A DNA stretch of 64,000 bases from Betaproteobacteria bacterium (GTDB lineage Bacteria; Pseudomonadota; Gammaproteobacteria; Burkholderiales; Rhodocyclaceae), in assembly GCA_016208415.1 (NCBI GenBank), contig JACQYB010000038.1, forward strand, positions 22,730 through 86,729, in the 5' to 3' direction. Positions 60,866-64,000 of the stretch are shown piece by piece. Below the pieces are notes generated by a model that was given only the letters and a program-made list of their open reading frames with translations, was not told where the DNA came from and did no database searches. Position numbers and translations under genes: made by a program. Numbering within the stretch: position 1 is the stretch's first letter; each line of letters opens with the position of its first letter.

Positions 60866-63800
60866 CTACGACTGCGGCGCCAACACCAGTTCCGGCACCA
60901 CCACCTCCCAGCGCTCGCAGCGCAGGCGGTCGCGGTATTCGGGCTCGGAATCCTCGCGGAGGCGCACGACGATGGCCACGACCCGGGCGGCGATGCAGGC
61001 CATGCCCGGCGGCAGCGTGCAAGCCCGGGCGAGGCGGCCGACGACGCGCCCTTGCTCGTCCACCAGTTCGCGCTGCTCCCCGTCCAGGCGCAGCCGCAGC
61101 GGGGAGCCAGGCACAAGCGCGGCGATGGCGCGATGCACCGGGTGCGCGGCCGCGCGGCGGCCGGCGTAGCCGAGATCCACTTCGGCCAGGGTCAGCCGGC
61201 GGTACTGCCGCGCCAGTTCCGGCGCCGGCGGCGCAAGCTGCACGGGCGCGCGCCGCAGCAGGCCGGCGGCCTCGGGCAGGGCGTCCAGCAGCGCGTGGCG
61301 CCCGTCCAGGCGCGCCAGGGCGAGGGTGGCGCGGGCGCGGGTCATGGCCACGTAGTAGAGGCGGCGCGGGGCGTCGGGGTCTTCGGCGCGGTCGACGCGA
61401 TCCCAGCCGCCGTCCAGCACCGCCACGTGGTCGAACTCCAGCCCCTTGGCGCGGTGGGCGGTGAGCAGCAGCAGGCCGCCCTGGCGGCGGCGCACCTCCC
61501 GGCCCCATTCCGCCAGCCATTCCGTGAAATGGTCGATGGGCAGTTCGGCGCCGCCGGTCTCCAGGGTGTATTCCTGCACCGCCTCGCGCAGCAGTTCGAA
61601 CCAGGGGCCGCCGGCTGGCGCGGCGCCCGGCGCCGGACCCGTCGCCCGGCCTGCATCGTGCGCGCCGTCCGTCGCATGCGCCCCTTCCGCCCCTTCGGCC
61701 AGGTGCGCGCCGCAAGCGCCCGCCGCCCCGTCCAGCCAGCGCTCCAGGGCGGCGGCGTCGATCAGGCGGGGCTCCCGCGCGAGCAGCCAGTCGAGCAGCG
61801 CCCGGGTTTCCCGCAGGCGCCAGAAGTTCGGTGCCTCCTCGTCGGCCATCTGCACCGCGATCCCGAGCAGTTCGCAATGGCTGCGCACGGGCTCCAGGTA
61901 CTTCCATTCGCGGGCGATCACGGCGGTTCGCGCCCAGTCCCAGGCGGGAGCGAGGGCGGCGAGGCGCTGCAGCTCGGCCATCACCGCCACGGCCTGGGTC
62001 AGGGCGTCGGCGCCGGCCGACAGGACCTGGACGCGGCCCTGGCTCACCGCGTCCAGGCCGCTCCATTCGCCGCCGGCGGGCGTGGCGGCCCGCGCCCGGT
62101 CGATGGTGATGGGCTGCCCGGCCTTCATGCGCGCACGGGCCGGTGCGATGACCGCGTTGGCGGCGGCGATGATGTGGGCGCTGCTGCGGTAGTTCTCGGT
62201 GAGCCAGGCCGGTTTCGCCCCGTAGTCGGCCTCGAAGCGGCGGATGAACTCCACCGACGCGCCCTGGAAGGCGTAGATGTTCTGGTCGTCGTCGCCCACG
62301 GCGAACAGGCTCAGGCGCCGCTCCTCGTCGGCCAGCGTGCGACCCGCCAGCGCGGAGATCAGCTCGTACTGCTCCGGGCCGATGTCCTGGTATTCATCGA
62401 CCAGGATCCAGCGGAAGCCGGCCATCAGCCGCTCGCGCTGGGCGCCGCCGTCCGGTTCCCGCTCCTCCGGCGGCAGGTCGTCGCCCTTGAGCCGCGCCAC
62501 CGCTTGTAGCAGCACCGAGCGGAACGCCGCCTCGTCCAGCCTTTCCGCGCGACCGGCAAAGCTCACCCCCGCCAGGCGCATGGCCAGGGCGTGGCAGGTG
62601 AGCACGCTGACGCCGCGCGCATCGTCGCCGATCAGCTCCGCCAGGCGGCGCCGGATCTGCACCGCGGCGTGGCGGTTGTAGGCCAGCGCCAGGATGCCGT
62701 GGGGGTTGTCGCGGCGCACCCGCACCAGGTACGCGATGCGATGCACCAGCACCCGCGTCTTGCCCGAGCCCGGCCCGGCCAGCACCAGGACGTTGGTCTG
62801 CTCGCGCTCGTCGGCGACGATGCGCGCCTGCGCCGGATTGCGCAGCGACTCCACGATCTCCCGCCACGACTGCGGCGTGGTCTGGCGCGCCAGTTCCTTA
62901 TCCCGCCCCGGCAGCCAGCGGCGCAGGAACTCCTCCTGTGCCAGGCAGAAATAGTCCATGGCCAGGCGCAGCGCCTCGGCCATGGCCTGCAGCCCGCGCC
63001 GGGCGTATTCCGCCATGACGTGGATGTGCACCACCTGCTCGTCGTAGTGGAGCTTGAGCGGGGCGAAATCGGCGCGGCCGAAACCGCGCCGCTCCTGGCC
63101 GAGGCGCAGCGTCATGGCGGGGCGGAACACCGCCAGCCCCTTGTTGAGGCGGATCACCTCCTGCTCGTGCAGCCACATCAGGGCGCGGTCCAGCAGGCGC
63201 GGCAGGTCCCGGGCCTCGGCCTTCAGCACCAGGTCGCCCTCCAGCGCCGCCAGCAGCCTGCCCAGGGTGGTCTCGGCGAGCAGGTCGACGCCCCGGGCGC
63301 CGGGCGGCAGACAGGAAAGCCAGTGCTCCAGCAGGCGTGCCGCGGCGGCACGGCGGCGCCGGGCGGTCTCGGCCAGCGCCGACCACTCGCGGCGCAGGCT
63401 CACCTGCACGGTTTCCGCGTCCAGGCGGCGCAGGCCCAGGCTGCCCGCGCCTCCGTCCTCGCTGCGGCCGTCGGCGGCGAGGCTGCGCAGGATGCGCCAC
63501 AGCGTTTCCGGCAGGATGGGGTTGATGCACCCGGCGCCGTCCGACGACGCCCCGAGCGGGTTCGCCGCGGTCTCGGCGCGGTCCTCCGCGGTCTCGGCGC
63601 GGCCCGCCACCACGGGCCGGGCATGGCCCGCGTCCTTCAGCCGCTGGGCGGCGTGGCGCAGGTGCAGCACGCTTGCCTCGCCCCTGGCCAAATCGGGCGC
63701 CGCTTCGCGCAGGTCGTCGATCAGCGCTGCCTCCAGCGCCGCGGCCGCCTCCAGCCGCCTCGCCGACGAGCGTTCCACCCCGGCGTGGACGAAGGCGGTC

Positions 63801-63979
63801 AGCGCCGTGTCGTTGCTGGCGATGCCCAGCCGCTCCAGGTCGTAGAGGGCGGCGCGCACCTTCTCCGCGCTCAGGCCAGCCATGCCCATCAGCTCGTCGG
63901 TGGAAATGCCCTCGTCGGCGTCCGCGCCGATCAGCGCCTCCACCAGCGCCAGCAGGCGGCGGCGGTAGTCCTCGGCCAT
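60866..63979 (-). CDS. UvrD/Rep-family (SF1) helicase with long N-terminal and extra C-terminal regions; may be 5'-incomplete
   Basis: 1037-aa ORF with Walker A LAGPGSGKTRVLVHRIAYL, DEYQDIGPEQ, ENYRSSAHII and YYVAMTRARATL. About 390 aa precede the helicase core. The reading frame stays open upstream of ATG 63979 to the window edge. Confidence 0.85.
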   Translation of the reverse strand: MAEDYRRRLLALVEALIGADADEGISTDELMGMAGLSAEKVRAALYDLERLGIASNDTALTAFVHAGVERSSARRLEAAAALEAALIDDLREAAPDLARGEASVLHLRHAAQRLKDAGHARPVVAGRAETAEDRAETAANPLGASSDGAGCINPILPETLWRILRSLAADGRSEDGGAGSLGLRRLDAETVQVSLRREWSALAETARRRRAAAARLLEHWLSCLPPGARGVDLLAETTLGRLLAALEGDLVLKAEARDLPRLLDRALMWLHEQEVIRLNKGLAVFRPAMTLRLGQERRGFGRADFAPLKLHYDEQVVHIHVMAEYARRGLQAMAEALRLAMDYFCLAQEEFLRRWLPGRDKELARQTTPQSWREIVESLRNPAQARIVADEREQTNVLVLAGPGSGKTRVLVHRIAYLVRVRRDNPHGILALAYNRHAAVQIRRRLAELIGDDARGVSVLTCHALAMRLAGVSFAGRAERLDEAAFRSVLLQAVARLKGDDLPPEEREPDGGAQRERLMAGFRWILVDEYQDIGPEQYELISALAGRTLADEERRLSLFAVGDDDQNIYAFQGASVEFIRRFEADYGAKPAWLTENYRSSAHIIAAANAVIAPARARMKAGQPITIDRARAATPAGGEWSGLDAVSQGRVQVLSAGADALTQAVAVMAELQRLAALAPAWDWARTAVIAREWKYLEPVRSHCELLGIAVQMADEEAPNFWRLRETRALLDWLLAREPRLIDAAALERWLDGAAGACGAHLAEGAEGAHATDGAHDAGRATGPAPGAAPAGGPWFELLREAVQEYTLETGGAELPIDHFTEWLAEWGREVRRRQGGLLLLTAHRAKGLEFDHVAVLDGGWDRVDRAEDPDAPRRLYYVAMTRARATLALARLDGRHALLDALPEAAGLLRRAPVQLAPPAPELARQYRRLTLAEVDLGYAGRRAAAHPVHRAIAALVPGSPLRLRLDGEQRELVDEQGRVVGRLARACTLPPGMACIAARVVAIVVRLREDSEPEYRDRLRCERWEVVVPELVLAPQS

Positions 63980-64000
63980 GGGGGCGCGCGCGAGCCTGGC

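Overview
High-G+C (by eye roughly two-thirds G+C) proteobacterial chromosome segment, probably from a beta-proteobacterium (not proven), densely coding. I recognised no rRNA, tRNA, CRISPR array, integrase or transposase.

Layout, left to right:
(1) A minus-strand chain of MFS transporter (partial), MOSC protein and ROK sugar kinase with 4-nt start/stop overlaps, plus a DUF1840 gene.
(2) A complete System I cytochrome c maturation operon, ccmABCDEFGHI (minus strand). It sits directly downstream of a periplasmic nitrate reductase operon, napFDAGHB, which has no napC.
(3) A YpfJ-like metalloprotease, a flavoprotein/radical-SAM pair and an SCO protein.
(4) A visibly lower-G+C island (about 20.3-26.5 kb). 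It carries an unusual heme-copper oxidase cluster (subunit III-like, SenC, subunit II, subunit I, small ORF), a divergent cytochrome c4 and heme O synthase.
(5) A mosaic metal-resistance region (about 26.5-45.8 kb). It holds two CzcCBA-type RND efflux operons in mirror orientation, several paralogous small periplasmic proteins, His-rich CzcI-like proteins, a DMT transporter with a His-rich tail, two RES/Xre toxin-antitoxin modules and an FGE-domain gene fragment.
(6) A 13-kb Type I restriction-modification operon (hsdM ... hsdS ... hsdR, minus strand). Nested accessory modules interrupt it: a frameshifted COG2865-type regulator, a DUF1016 PD-(D/E)XK nuclease, an ABC-type ATPase plus DUF4276 pair, and a DarT/DarG ADP-ribosylation toxin-antitoxin. 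The modules are flanked by relics of hsdM and hsdR.
(7) A Yip1-domain membrane protein, an orphan RHH antitoxin and a large UvrD-family helicase running to the right edge.

The strongest candidate for an uncharacterised system is the ATPase + DUF4276 (TOPRIM-like) pair, which is translationally coupled to hsdS. The second candidate is the heme-copper oxidase whose subunit I lacks TM helices III-IV and the K-channel lysine.

All calls come from reading the sequence and the ORF translations. No database search was run.
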